Positions 43,322 through 58,953 of a stretch of 64,000 nt of DNA are shown in pieces. Made by a program: the position numbers and the translations under genes. This DNA comes from the human T2T-CHM13v2.0 reference genome, Homo sapiens. Under the pieces are notes generated by a model. The model saw only the letters and a program-made list of their open reading frames with translations, made no database searches and was not told the origin of the DNA. The stretch is from assembly GCF_009914755.1 (NCBI RefSeq), contig NC_060925.1; one strand, written 5' to 3'. Within the stretch, counting starts at the first letter, position 1, and each line of letters starts with the position of its first letter.

Positions 43322-45880
43322 CTGCAGAGAATAAAGTGCTTTGTGCTTCGTGAAAATTGGTTTGTAGTATGTGTGTACCAATTATCAGGATTGTCAGAAA
43401 TGTTGGCCAATTTCCTTTCAGGTTCATAGGGACTTAAATCTGAAATACTTCTCTACAAAAACTTTACTTAGCTGCATAATTCTGAAATAGTTCTATTCTG
43501 GCCAACTGCTTATTTATAACAGCCTTTTCAGGTAATATTCTAGGAGTTATTTCTCAAGATTTATTCCCTTTATTTTTCTTGATATTCTTTCAGGTGCAAG
43601 GAAATAAAAAATAATTTGGCTTATGTATACAATTTGGATAATTTTGTAGTTTTTCTTACACTGTGTTGCTCATTTATGAGAAATAGGCAAATAGATAAAG
43701 AAAATTCGGTTACTGCATGAAGTACTGAAAAAATGTAAAAAAAATTCCTTGGGGAAGTCATATTTTAGTCCACGTTCTGTTGTTAATTTTAATCTTGGGG
43801 TTAAGTAATTTTTGCTCTTGGTATGAGATTATAAACAAACAATCCAATTGACTTGCCTTTCAACTCTGAACAGTTTCTTGATCACAGTGTAAATAGCTGC
43901 TTGAATTTCACTGCTGTTACATAGCTTTTCAGATAGTCAAGGAAATATGATTCTGCCATATTCATGCCAGCAGATTCCAAAGGGCAAGGAAAGATGTTTC
44001 AACAGATCAGGAGTCTAAATGAGTTACACGTTGAGCAATTGGCCAGTGAAGAGCCACCAACAGTAACTGGGCAGCCCCAGGCCTGTAGGAGCATCTGAAT
44101 GGTTCTAGTTCCCAGGAAGAGCTTCCAAAGAACACATGGTCTTACATAGATATTTTCAAATAGCTGTTTTCCTCCCAATTATTTTAGTAAACCTATGATT
44201 GTTGTAGATAAATTAGAAAAGTAAATATAAACAGGAAAATAAACTTATCCATTATTCCATAATCTGAAGATGCCTTTGATAACATTTTGGTGTATAGCTC
44301 ATCATTTTTTCTTATGCATATATATTTTAAAATCCATTTAGATTATGCTGAATATATAATTCCTATAATATATGTTCTGTGGTAATTTAGAATAAAAATC
44401 CCTTCGGTATGTGAATTTAAAACAAATTATAGGCATATAATCATTGTGAAGTATCTATTCTTCAAATCACTTTTTTGTTCTTTTTAGTTATACAAATGGG
44501 AAACAGTAAAATTTGCCTTTTATACTTGAGTCCAATATATATTATTTGAGCAATTTCTAAATCTAAGATACTGTCATAAATACTTTAGGAAATAGCGAAA
44601 CAACATTAATAAGACATAACATTTGCCCTCAGGGCATTTATATAGGGATACGCATAAGCAATCATTAGATGAATCAGATAATGTTTCATGATAAAATGGA
44701 AACCAAATAAATTTATAAACGATCATAGACCTTAGATAGCATGGTCCCAATCTGGGAGATTACAAGGAATATTTTGTTGGATCTTGACGTATTGGCCAGG
44801 ATCTCAGCCAGCAGATGATGGTGGTGGGTGATGGTTGAGGGAGGGATGCTGTGGAATGAAGGAATAACATTTAGGATGGCATAGCATGAACAAAACCAGG
44901 AAGTGAAAATAAATGCAAAGATGCTCTTAAGTCACTGTGAGTTCTCTGCTGAAGCGGAAGAAAACACTGGTAAATTAAGTTGACAATACTCTGAGAACGA
45001 ATTTCAGTTCCAGACTTAGTTTAAACTTTATCCTGTAGGCAGTGCAGAGACACAGATGCTTTTGAGCAAGTCCGTAAAATGGTCAAGGCTGTACCTTAAG
45101 AATATCTCATGGAAACTTAAATTCCTAGAAGGAATGACAAAACCATTTTTTGTGTAGGTAAGTGTTCATATAACTGTTCTCTAAACATCTCATATTTATT
45201 TTTTAATATAAGTTATAGATACAGTTTTATTTTTACTTTTGTACCCCAAGAATACCTTCTTAGAACTTCTTAGAAAAGCATAAGGATATCCTGAAGTATT
45301 TTAATGTCTAAACTTTCTTGTTATTAGTATTTGTTTTTCTCAATTTATGGCTTGACAATAGAGTGTTCGTTTGTTCTGTATGTATTTGTTCCTCTTGTCT
45401 TTCTTTCATAGAATGCCCCTTTCATTCAAAAAGCATTAATGGAGCAACTATATGAGTAGACTATCGTATTGTATAATGAGCACTATAAAAACTGTGTGTC
45501 CTGGAGAATTTGGGTTAAATTATCTGGCTGGGCCTGGAGATAGCACTTTAGTAAGATACATTTTGAATATCATGAAATTTAAAGAAAAAATTGCTAGCAC
45601 TTAAGATAGTCAACTTGGTTAGTTGATATCAATTATCCTGTTAATTAAGGATTTTGAAACTCAGATTCTCCTGATTTGTTGTTCAATTTCCTTTCTAAAA
45701 TTTTAAAGTACTTTTCTTTTATTGCTTATTAGCTATTTGGTTTAACTTTAAATTGCTAAAACTTTTTGAAGAATGAAATGTATTTTACAGTTACCATTTG
45801 CATTTAATGTGTAAAATTGATTTTAGGCTTTCATTAAGTCAACTTTTATACTCAAGGTTTAGAATTTTCCTTGATTACAG

Positions 45881-46210
<330 letters not shown>

Positions 46211-46803
46211 CTAAATGTGTTTCCGGCTCAAGCAGAGATACTGGTTGCCATTTACTCAAATAAGCAAGCCTACTAATTATCTGCAAATGGCATGTCAAGT
46301 GACCCCCAAAATTAAACATCTTTATGTAAAAGGTTTTCTCTTCTAATGTTTACTTTGGTCTCAGAATCCATTATTTAATTAAACAGTTATATTGTTTATC
46401 CAGCTAATGCAACTCAGTGCGTAAGAAGGCATTTACTTAAATCTAAGAATATACTTGAATTTTTATTGCTATTAATTGTATTGGTGAATTCTTTTGTACC
46501 ATAGCACCTTTCAAGTTTGAAAATGCAGCTCTTTTGCTGTTAGATGTAAGTGCCTCTGTACCCATTTCATAAAGACTCATCACCTATTCTGAGACCTTGA
46601 TTTTGCCACCCCATCACCCTTTTCCCTTCCAAAGGCAAGGACAAACCAGAGCAATTGTAGCAACACGAAATCGCAAAAGAAAGACAAAGCTTCATGGTTC
46701 TCTTTACACCATAATAACCGAGCAGTCTCAAATCTCTCATTAAATTTTAGTGTTTCGAGTAATCTCCCATGGTTTTTAGATGGTAATAGTAATGTCCTTT
46801 TAC

Positions 46804-46943
46804 CTCTACCAGTTTGTTCCAGACTTCTTTGATATTACAAATGGGATACGGTGTATAAAGCTGGTCAAAGTCAAGAAAACTTTGGTAAATACTCCTGTAA
46901 CTATAGATACTGGTGGTTCCTGCAGGGTATTGGTATTCCAGAC
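46804..46943 (-). pseudogene. Pseudo-exon 2 ((G)LEYQYPAGTTSIYSYRSIYQSFLDFDQLYTPYPICNIKEVWNKLVE), phase 1->0
   Basis: Acceptor aatctttcag|G, donor GAG|GTAAAA; 140 nt; open frame (part of ORF 46747-46962). Confidence 0.75.
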
Positions 46944-47187
46944 CTGAAAGATTCATACACAATCAATCTGAAAGTCAGAGCAGAGCAAATGCACCATAAG
47001 CTGTGAAGTTACTTAGTGGTTCTTTGACTGCTTAACTGAGCTGGTGAAAGTCAGGGCCTGTGTATATATGTTTAAGTGATAATCTGCATCAGTTAATTTT
47101 CCTGTTTCAGATTTGCCAGTTCACCCTGACCATCTTGAAAATAAGTTATCTCTGATCTCTGTCTGTATGTTACTTCTCTCCCCTCAC

Positions 47188-47254
47188 CAACGGAGAACAA
47201 ATGTGGGCAAAGTAAGTAAAGCAATCACCACCTTTGGAGGGAAGAATTGGTCAT
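47188..47254 (-). pseudogene. Pseudo-exon 1 (ATG; signal-peptide-like MTNSSLQRW*LLYLLCPHLFSV), phase 0->1
   Basis: ATG at 47254-47252; donor TTG|GTGAGG; 67 nt; one TGA. Confidence 0.6.
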
Positions 47255-48476
47255 GTTCTATGGATGGTGGATCAACTCTATTGCGGATAGTCAGTAACAT
47301 TTTTACTCTCTAACTCATCATTTACACCTCAAATCTTTTTTATTTAAATGCTCTGAAGTTGTAGCTTTGAATAATAGTCTTCGATGTGGTAGGGGCCTTA
47401 ATCACCATCATTCTAGTCTAACTCGTCTCCCATCAAATCCCATCCTATGACATTCCTGATGAACATAATTTAGCCTCTATTTAAAAATATCTATGATGAA
47501 GAGTGCATTGTCTTACCAGAAAGCCCATTCCACTTCCAATTGTTGTGAGAGTTAGAAAGTTATTCCTCAGTTTTGGTTTAAACCTGGCTCCCTCTTCATT
47601 CCACACATTGACATTAGTTCAGTTTACAGGAGCTACATAGAATAGTCTACCATATTTTCCTCATGACTGTCTTTCCAATATGTGAAGTGAACTATAATTC
47701 TTGCCTTCCTCCTAAATGTAGTTTTCTCCAATTTCATTTGGTATGCCTATTAAAATGCAGAGTCCTGTTTCTCCAGAGGTTTTTGTTGATTAGGTTTCTG
47801 GTAGGCCTAGGATTTCTGTCTGTTTTGTAGTGTGATCTGTGTTTACATCCGAGTAGTTTTATCAGGCTGTTTCTTGTCTGTGGAATTTTGGAGGTCCAAT
47901 AGCTTTCTTTTGTCTTGTACTCTATCCTTTAAATTTCAAAGTGGCAGTGTTTCCACTGGTTTAAAATTCTCAAGAATCTTGTAGTTTTCCTGTGTATATT
48001 AGAGAAATTCACTCCTGAAGAAAAGAAGCTTGTTTATAGATTTTTCTTAGATAATCTTGTCTCTATTTTGGGGGTCTGCTGAGAAGGCCGAGGGGGTCCA
48101 TGAGTCACCTGTTTAATCTCTTTAAAGAGCCTTTTGTGTGACTGAATACTGATTTTTATCTTTCTGAGGTAATAGCAAAAGTGTTACCAGCCACACTTCT
48201 GGCTTTTTCTCTACAATGCACTTTTCTGGCAGCGAATCCTTAATTTTTGCTGATAACATTTTAAGTCATCAAGTCCTGGCCACTTTTGGTTTCACCGTTC
48301 TTTCCCTAATTTTTATCTTTCCTTTTACATCTTACTATAAGCAGCGAGAAACCAAAATGTGCCTTCAACACTGCTTGAAAATCTCCTCAGCTATATGCCC
48401 AACTTCATTGTTTACAAATTCTGCTTTCCACATAACTGCAGGACACAATTCTGCCAAGCTTTCTATCACTATGTAA

Positions 48477-49168
<692 letters not shown>

Positions 49169-49413
49169 CTCCAGCAGCCACTTTCATGTCCGTATTTCTA
49201 TCAATAGCCTGTTAATAATGATTTAGGTATTCTCTAGGGTAATATATATTTTTCTCTACCTTGCTTCTCACTTCCTTCTGAAGAAGCAGAGTTGTTAACA
49301 TCCATATTTCTACTAAAAGTCTGTTTAAGATAGCCTTCTAACTTTCTAACTTAGCAGACTTTTAGTAGAAATATGGATTCTAACAACTCTACTTCCTCAG
49401 AAGGAAGTGAGAA

Positions 49414-50014
<601 letters not shown>

Positions 50015-50019
50015 CTTAA

Positions 50020-51027
50020 CCGGTTTGCCCAGAGAATACCCACCAGTGGCGTCTGTAGCTGTAGCATTTACCCCAAGATAACTTTGCCAAGAAATATGCT
50101 TTTATTATTATTTTCGCATCCCTCTGGTATATTGACTTCAGAAACAAAAGACATCACTCTATTGATCACATTCTGTTTTTAGTAGTGATATTTCCATTTA
50201 CAAAATATAGTAATTCTCAATCCCTGAAAATGTCAAATCCTAGAAAATGTGGCATTCCTATGAATGATGTTAACATCATTATTGAAGAGTTGTTTGCCAA
50301 GACCAGCTCGGCTGGGGAGACCCTAACCCAGCGGCGCTAGAAGAATTAAAGACACACACACAGAAATATTGCATGTGGAGTGGAAAATCAGGGGTCTCAG
50401 CCTTCAGAGCTGAGAACCTCGAACAGAGATTTACCCACATACTTATTGACAGCAAGCCAGTGATAAGCATTGTTTCTATAGATTATAGATTAACTAAAAG
50501 CATTTCTTATGGGAAATAAAGGGATTGGCTGAAGTAAAGGGATGGGTTGGGCTAGTTATCTGCAGCATGAATATGTCCTTAAGGCACAGATCGCTCATGC
50601 TATTGCTTGTGGTTTAAGAACGCCTTTAAGTGGTTTTTGGCCCTGGGTGGGCCAGGTGTTCCTTGCTCTCATTCCGGTAAACCCACAACCTTCAGCATGG
50701 GTGTCATGGCTATCACAAACATGTCACAGTGCTGCAGAGATTTTGCTTATGGCCAGTTTTGGGGCCAGTTTATGGCCAGATTTGGGGGCCTGTTCCCAAC
50801 AGTTGTTGGCCAAAGATTCATTTGATTAACCTGATTTTTCCGTAACAGACGATTCCGATGATTCTGGTGTTAGCTCTGTTTAGAAATAACTCCAAGAACA
50901 GTTTTTATATTTTATTTTCACATTGAAAATCAGTCAGATTTGCTTCAGCCTCAAAGAATGTGTCTAATGAAAATTAAATGAGCGCTGGCAGTGAGCTGCA
51001 CTTTTCTTTTTCTAAATGGAAAAAGGG
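50020..51027. mobile_element. MER75 piggyBac-family MITE (interrupted)
   Basis: TTAA at 50016-50019 and 51028-51031; right end ...aaatggaaaaaggg; body matches remembered MER75 consensus. Confidence 0.85.
50295..50801 (-). mobile_element. MER9 (HERV-K HML-3) solo LTR
   Basis: Reverse complement starts TGTTGGGAACAGGCCCCCAAATCTGGCCATAAACTGGCC; 6-bp TSD gttgtt at 50289-50294 and 50802-50807. Confidence 0.9.
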
Positions 51028-51537
51028 TTAAGGCCTTTTGTCTGATCGAAAACCCTTAAAACAGCCATCTGACTCAAAGGCCTGACAGAACCAGGCCCAC
51101 CATGATTATCTAGGATAATCTCTTGCATGTACAGTCAACTGATTATGGACTTTAATGACATCTAGCGACTCCTGGATTAGTGTTTGATTATGTAATTGGG
51201 GACTGCAGCCTAGCCATACTGATACATCAAAAAGACTGTCAGGGTGTCTTCTATCACTTATTCCATTAACCAAAGCTGCCACCTCACATAACACAATAAT
51301 TTATTTTCACTTGAACATTTAGGTTTTAAAGGGACTTATTCTCAGAGACATGTTAGGAATCAAAATAGAAATAGTTCCATATCATTGGCTCATTGAACAC
51401 AATAGTTCTTGAATTAGCAGTTACAACTTACAAGTTGTAAATTGTTTTTCCATGAGGACTTAAAAGTTTCATGTACATTAAATATAAATTTCTTTTGGCT
51501 GGAAATGGCATTGGTACTATTTAAATAGTCTATTGCT

Positions 51538-51720
51538 GGCTGGGCACGGTGGCTCACACCTGTAATCCCAGCACTTTGGGAGGTTGAGGCGGGCGGATCA
51601 ATTGACGTCAGGAGTTTGAGACCAGCCTGGTCAACATTGTGAAACCCCGTCTCTACTAAAAATACAAAAATTACGTGGGTGTAGTGGTGGACACCCGTAA
51701 TCCCAGCTACTCGGAAGGCT
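51538..51720 (+). mobile_element. 3'-truncated AluS (no tail)
   Basis: Ends abruptly after ctactcggaaggct. Confidence 0.88.
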
Positions 51721-53023
51721 TTTATATGCATTTTTGAATGCAAATTTTTAAGATCTGTGTGGTAATTAGACATATAATCATAGTTATAATTATTATTTTA
51801 TACTGAAAAACTTTCCAAAAGACATTTAGGGTATCATGGCCAAAGCGAGTCACTGTTTTATTTAAAACTACAGTCAGTTCAACCACAAGCTTTTCTGAGT
51901 GTCTATTGTAGTGGATATATGTGCTTTTCTTTGTCAACTTCCCCATCAGTAAAAGCACCCTAATTTTATTTTGGGGTTCCACTTTCTCCCTGCCCTCAGT
52001 AATTTGGTTAGGTTAAGACTCACCCTCCTCATATCCCCCATTTTCCAGGTTTACTTGGAAAATAGTTTCCAGGTTTACCATTTTCCCATTTACTTGGGCA
52101 GTCATCATATTCCAACTCTCTGGCCACACGACTGGTGCGGGGATGGGCCTGTAACCCATGTAAGTCAATGAATAAGACCCAGCTTGGTAGTTATTAAGAT
52201 ATAGGTTGATTGCTTAAAATTGTAAGAGTGGAAGAGTAAGAAGGAAAGTCAAAGAGAAAACAGTTGAGCCGGAAAGAAAACGGAGTCATTCAAATCATTA
52301 TTCGTAAAGAGTTTCAAGAAGTGGCGTATCAATATTCTCAACTTAATAGTTGGGCAATATTTATGTTTTTGAAACTAACAACTAAAATACTTGGATAAAA
52401 TATTTCTCCTGATTTAAGTAACTATAATTTCAGTCATGATTCATTGTTCCCAGCAGGATCTGTATCTGTGTAAGTGGGCATAGTATTGATTTTTTTTCAA
52501 AAGAGAAGATAGGTGATCTCATTAATTTCCTTTTCACATCAAAGCTTTCCTTTTAGGGTTTTTTTTTTTCCTTCTCTCAAAAAAAATACTGAATGAGTCA
52601 GGGTGCTAATCTGCTTTGCTCTAGTAAATTCTATCTTCTCATTGTAGAGATGTTTTTCACCGTAGTAATAATTTGCTTAGCTGCTTGGTATTTACTCATG
52701 TATTCATTCACAGTTCTTTATCAGGCTTCAGGTATGTACCCAATATTGTGCCAGGTGAAATGAGATTCAAAGGTGTCTCCTAGCCTAGAATGTAAATTCT
52801 ATAAGGACCTTCTCACTCGGAGCACAGTATTGGCACATTATCAGAAATCTATACAGATGCATTTAGGATGCATTTCTGTAACAATGGTCACTTGTGAGGT
52901 GCCATGCTTGACCTTCAAGTATTGCCTGAAACTCAAACACAAGTTGAGGGTTTGAGCCTTTGTACTTGTTTCCTACAGGGCAGTTATTCTTCAAAATGCC
53001 CAGGTTTAATGATACTTATTTTT

Positions 53024-53328
53024 ATTTTTTATTATTTATTTACTTTTTTGAGACGGAGTCTCACTGTCACCAAGGCTGGAGTGCAGTGGTGTGATCTCGG
53101 TTCAATGCAACCTCTGCCTCCTGGATTCAACCGATTCTCTTGCCTCAGGCCCCCAAGTAGCTGAGATTACAGGTGTGCACCACCACACCCAGCTAATTTT
53201 TGTATTTTTAATGGAGATGGGGTTTCACCATGTTGGTCAGGCTGGTCTTGAACTCCTGGGCTCAAGTAGTCTGCCCACTTCAGTCTCCCAAAGTGCTGGG
53301 ATTACAGGCATGAGCCACCATGCCCGGC
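53024..53328 (-). mobile_element. Alu
   Basis: TSD gatacttattttt. Confidence 0.93.
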
Positions 53329-53457
53329 GATACTTATTTTTAGTAGTTCACAATGAAATAATTAATTATATTTAGTGCCAATACAATTTCAAATAATGAT
53401 GCTGGAATGACACCCGATACCACAGTAGACAATGATTTTGATCTCTATTAGTTTACT

Positions 53458-53906
53458 AGTTATAGTGGGTTAAATAGTGACTTCCCACCAAAAATGCCCA
53501 CATCCTAATTCCTGTAACCTGTGAATGTGACCTTATTTGGAAAAAGGGTCTTTGCAGATGTAACTACGTTAAGAATCTCGAGATGAGACCATCCTGAATT
53601 ATCTGGTTGGTCCCTAAATCCAAAGACAAATGTCCTTTACAACAAAAAGAAGAGAAGAGGGCACAGACACAGAGGAGAAGGCAAGTGAAGATGAAGGCAG
53701 AGACTGGAGTTATGTGGCCACAAGCCAAAGAATTCCTGAAGCCACCAGAGGCAAGGAAGGATTTTCTCATAGAGCCTTGGGAGCCAGTACACACCTGCTG
53801 ACACCTTGATTTTGGAATTTTAGTCTCCAGAGCAGTGAGAGAATACATCTCTGTTTGAGCATTAAGTTTGTGGTAATTTGTTACAGCAGACCTAGGAAAC
53901 TAATAT
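53458..53906 (+). mobile_element. MaLR LTR (MLT1B/C-like)
   Basis: gtgaatgtgaccttatttggaaaaagggtctttgcagatgtaa...ggaaactaata. Confidence 0.82.
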
Positions 53907-54989
53907 GTTAGTTCGTACTGATTATTTAATTAAAGGCTCTTTTTGTATTGTTTTGTTTTCTAAATAGTCTGCAGAAACCTACCTCAATTTTTGTCTCCAT
54001 CCAATAGAGACACCTGTCTGTCTGTTGAGATTTGGTGGAAATCCAAGGGTTAGTGTTTCTGGGTTATTTTTCGCCTACCACAGATAGTGCTGAAAGCCCA
54101 TTTAGTACACAAATATGACACTTCTGAATAAAGTGGCTTCAACAACTGGTCTGGAGATCCAAGTGCTATTCAAAAAAGTGACACTCGTTCTGAGAGGCGA
54201 TTCCTATGAAGGAGAAGCTCCATTTGCGAAGTTATAGCAAGGTTCCTTCCATAATGCACAGCAGCTGGGCCAGGGAGCCGGGAGTCGTCGCTTCTGGCCT
54301 ACCCATCTCTGGGCTACTTCCCGCAACTCACTTTCCCTGTGTGCCTGGAATGCTTCTTCCTATGAGGCCGTTAGTCAAATTAAGTAGAGGCCTTTAAAAA
54401 TTAGCCATCCATCCAATCTAGAGAATGTCCACTACGCTTCATTCTTTCTCCCTTACCTTGTTGATTTCTTCCATATCACCCAGCGCTGATGGTAATTGTA
54501 TGAATACATGCTTATCTGTCTGTCCTCCCACCCCTAACTCTAAATTCAAGGAACTCTATAACTGCACCTAGCATATTGTCTGACACTCCTCAATAAAGAC
54601 GCATTTAATACATAGACAAATAATGAGTGAACATTTTGAGTGGAGGGCCGGAAAATGTCTATTTACTTTGGAGTTGGAATCAGACTGTTCAAGAGTACTT
54701 TCAAAAAAAATTTTGCTACGTCAAACATCATTGAATTTCAGGATTGAAAGAGTGGTGGTCATATAGCTCAATCCCCTCCAAACACCCCCACCCACCAGAT
54801 GCGCGAATGCCCTCTTCAGCCTTCCTGATAAGCATGACGAAGATGCTGGCGGAAGCATCCCTGGTATCAGGAAACTCATGACCTCACTAGTTTTGATCTT
54901 TTCCATTTAGCTTTCTTTTCCCACTCCTCCCAGTTATTGCAACCTTAATTGTAGCATTTTACACAACTGCTGCTGCAGAGTTCTGGAAG

Positions 54990-55880
54990 TCTGGGGGTGG
55001 GAGGGACGGGGGAACCCCAGTGCCTATCTCAAGCCTGCGGTCACCGACGCGGGTCCGGGGTGGGGGGGTACTGCCAGGGAACTCGCGGCACCGCGTGCTT
55101 GCTGAGTTCGCCTGGGCTCTCGGCCTCCCTGCGGGCAGGGGTCCTCCCTCCCCAGCGCCGGGTCTCTCCTCCCGCAGGCCCGCGGCCACCCGCAGCGGCA
55201 TTCCCCGCCGCCGCCCCCGCCACCTGCGCGACCGCCCTAGCCGCTCGAGTCCGCTCCTCCCGCTCAGGGGCGGCTGCGGAGGGCGCGGGGCGCACGCGGG
55301 CGGCCACCCGACTCTTCCCTCCCTTCTCCCCACCCCAGCCTGCTCCTGCTCAGCCCCACCTCCCCACGCACTCGGCTGCCCTCCTCCTCTCCTGAGAGTT
55401 GCCCCGCACCTTGGGCGAGGAGTTCGGAGCGGCCCCATCGCAGAGCCCACGGCCAGCCGAGCGCGCGCGACGCAGGTGCCCGAGCCCCGGCGCCGCCGCC
55501 ATCTCTGCCTTCGGTCGAGTTGGACCCCCGGATCAAGGTGGGACCTGCTTCCCTCTCCGACACCCCCTATTGCCACCTCTTCCCGCTCTGGGTAACTCGA
55601 GAATGGGGCTTTGGGACGCGCGTGGCAGACGCGGAGCCCCGCGGGCCGCTTAGGGACTGGGAGTCCGGGGCAGCTTAGCGGGACCACCAGAGGGGCCAGC
55701 GCCCGGCGGGCGGCGGGGGTGGGGTGGGTGCGACGCCGGGCGACTCTCGGCTCCCGTGGGGCGAGGAAGATCTGGACACACGGCTGACAGCAGCCGGCAG
55801 CGCCTGGAGCGAACCTGCTCGGGACCACCGAGAGAGCATGCCACCCGGCCAACTTCTTTTCCAGGCTTCGTGCCTACTTT
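54990..55880. promoter_or_regulatory. LEPR: CpG island; internal promoter of LEPR
   Basis: Sharp switch to GC-rich, CpG-dense sequence with GC-box-like motifs; contains the recognised LEPR 5'UTR exon. Confidence 0.88.
55461..55537 (+). other. LEPR: Non-coding alternative first exon of LEPR (5' boundary approximate)
   Basis: GCGCGCGCGACGCAGGTGCCCGAGCCCC...TTGGACCCCCGGATCAAG matches, from memory, the 5'UTR of B219/OB-R leptin receptor cDNAs; followed by donor AAG|GTGGGA at 55538. Confidence 0.85.
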
Positions 55881-58405
55881 GGAAACTGAAGGGACTGCCA
55901 CCTAAAACAGTAAACCCTGGGGTCCTGAAGAGAATTTGCTGGTTCGAATGACAAGAGAAAAAATAATTGTTCTGTAGGGATGGTTTAGACCTCAGCTTTT
56001 GTTTCCCACCTCCCCCCTTCCCTGCAAGCAAATTAAACAACAACAGTAGCAGCATCAGCAGCAAAACCCCAAACCCAATCCTAACCAAACCACTTACTGA
56101 AAGAGATTTGTAGTGGTGAGAAAAAGAGACCCAACTGAGGAATCATTTGGGAACCGCAGGTATGGTGCCATTTAAAAACTGGTTCTTTCTGGTGTTATTT
56201 CTAGAACTTGTGTTTGCAAACAGATTAGAATTCTGGGCTCTTGTCAGCCTAATGGAGTTCTTTATACTGAAGGGTGGCCTGGGGTGTCCTCTGTTAACAT
56301 TTATTTCTGTAAGTATTAAAGTATATTGAAACAAATACCCTTTCACGGCTCTGGAATTGGAATCAGAAAATCTGAGTTTTGGTGTGATTTCCATTTTATT
56401 ACCTATGACACTGTGGTTCGTTTAACCTCAGTGGGCCTCAGTTTCCTCATTTTTTCAAGTTGGAGGGTTGGATTAAGATAATTTCTGAGGGCCTTTTGAG
56501 AATATCTAAGGTATGCCCCAGAATAAAAAAGTATAATTCCTTAACTCTCTTTAACTTGTTACAAACATTGCTAGTTTCATAATTTCATGAAATAAAAACA
56601 ATCTGTATTAATCTTGGCACTAGTTTATATGCATTTATGACTTAGGCTTTTAGGATTTTCTCACCAAAAGGTATAGAGAAAAACATGTATAAAGAGCTCA
56701 GAAACATATAGATTTATATGAATATTTACACCTCTCATACTACCTTAAATAATCTTTAAGCCAGTATTTGCAACACTGCAACAAAAATACATGGCTTTAG
56801 CATAGCACGTATTCTCTTTAAGTATTGTACATCTGGAGGAAATAAAAATGTGTTTGAAGGAAAACAAACATTGCACCTTTCCTATCAATTATTGTTCTTG
56901 AACAGTGCTGGCTACTTTTTAGCATAAAGTTGTGGGCAGAATGTTAAAAAATTGGTTTCAGGTCACTTCTGAGCCGCTGTGAAATTAAGCACAATAGCAG
57001 AGATGCCAATTTTAGTAATGCAGTTAGTTGCCTTGGAATGAATCCCAGAAAATAGCAGAGATTAACTAAACAGATAAACCAGAAATTAGGAATGGACACA
57101 CGCACACACAAAAGTGTCTACAGTGAGTATGTACTGTGAAGGGTTAGTGTACTTCATACTTTCTTTTTGATTAGAAGAAAATGTCGGGTTGTTTTAGCAG
57201 ACAGAGAATGTTACAGTAGCTTTTGTTGCTACTTCTAATGTTTTATCAGTAGCATTTTCAAGATTATTTGAAACTTAGTTATCACTAGTAAGGACAGGTT
57301 TAAGAATATTTCTGCCTCTTTTCGGTGGCTTGGATTCAAAATAATAAAACAATCTTTTCTCACCCACATGTACTTTGTATGCAATTTGGGAGAGTGAAAT
57401 GGATTTGAAGTACTCTTTTATGAGTACATTTTAACTTATTTTCAGTGACTTTTTGCCTTTGGGCTGGAAATGTCGTAAGTTACTCAGGCATTTATCTTCC
57501 CTCATATTCTCTGGTGAAGTAGAGATAGTCATCTCCGTTGAAACAGATGCTCAGAGATGTAAGTAAATTGCTTGTTGAGTGAACAGGGAATTGTAGAACT
57601 CAAATATACCCTGGTTGCTAAGTCATTTGGAAAACAACTGAAACTGGATGGATCCAACAGCTCACGGTCCACAGCCAACTCATTCATGGCTTGGGAGTGT
57701 CATCATGGGTGGCAGAGGCTCTGTTCCTCCTTTGTAATGTGGGGACTTACTCTCTCAGCAATTTACTGAGAAAAAAGTAATCTCTTCACACTTAGATCAC
57801 TATTATAGGAACAAATGGTGTGTATTTGTGAAGTGCAATATTTCTGGGAGGTCTTGGAAATAAATACTAAAAGTATCCAGAAAAAAAAAAAAAGAACTCT
57901 CTTGGCAGATATTGTACTGCATTTTTCATACTGAGAGCCAAACACACCCACTTAAAGAGTATGTCCTGTGGAGTTAAAAATGAAGAAAAAGGCTTATAGT
58001 CTGCTCTAATTCTTAAGACTTTATGTGATTTACAAATTCCAGTTTTAATTAAATTAGAAAGTTGCAAATGTTCACCTACTGGCCACACTCAGTATGTACA
58101 ACCTTTTGGAGTTGCTCTTCAAATACGATCTGCTTATAGTTTGGAATATTCCTTCTCAAACATGTTTTTTGGAGTCTTGCTATGTTGCCCAGGCTGATTT
58201 AATACTTTTTGTGACTTAATAGTGATATTACCTGTTATCATCACACATAATCTTATTAATATTTAAAATATTTTAAAACTACAAATCTTATATAAATATA
58301 AATAAAATCTTTAAAACATTTGAACTGTAATGAATATAGAGAGAAGCATATAAAACAAATTTAATGGTTGACAGATAATATGATAAATCATTATAATAAT
58401 TGTAA

Positions 58406-58827
<422 letters not shown>

Positions 58828-58953
58828 CAAAAAAAGTTTTATATGATTATGGTAGGCATTAAATCATAGATTATTTTGCTTAACATTATGTTTATGAGAT
58901 TAAGGGATTTCTTCTCTCTCCTTTAAAACAATATTTTTTGAAAGAGTTATCTC

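Noticed and set aside
46840-46885. DFDQLYTPYP resembles the Penelope RT motif DxxxLYTxxP
   Set aside because: No other RT motifs nearby, and the segment is bounded by splice sites that fit the exon chain better.
55684-55697. CTCF-like motif CCACCAGAGGGGCC
   Set aside because: Mismatches at conserved 3' positions; partial matches are common in GC-rich DNA.
54959-55852. 297-aa minus ORF and overlapping ORFs in the CpG island
   Set aside because: R/G/P/A-rich and open in several frames on both strands, as expected where GC-rich DNA lacks stop codons; no recognisable domain.
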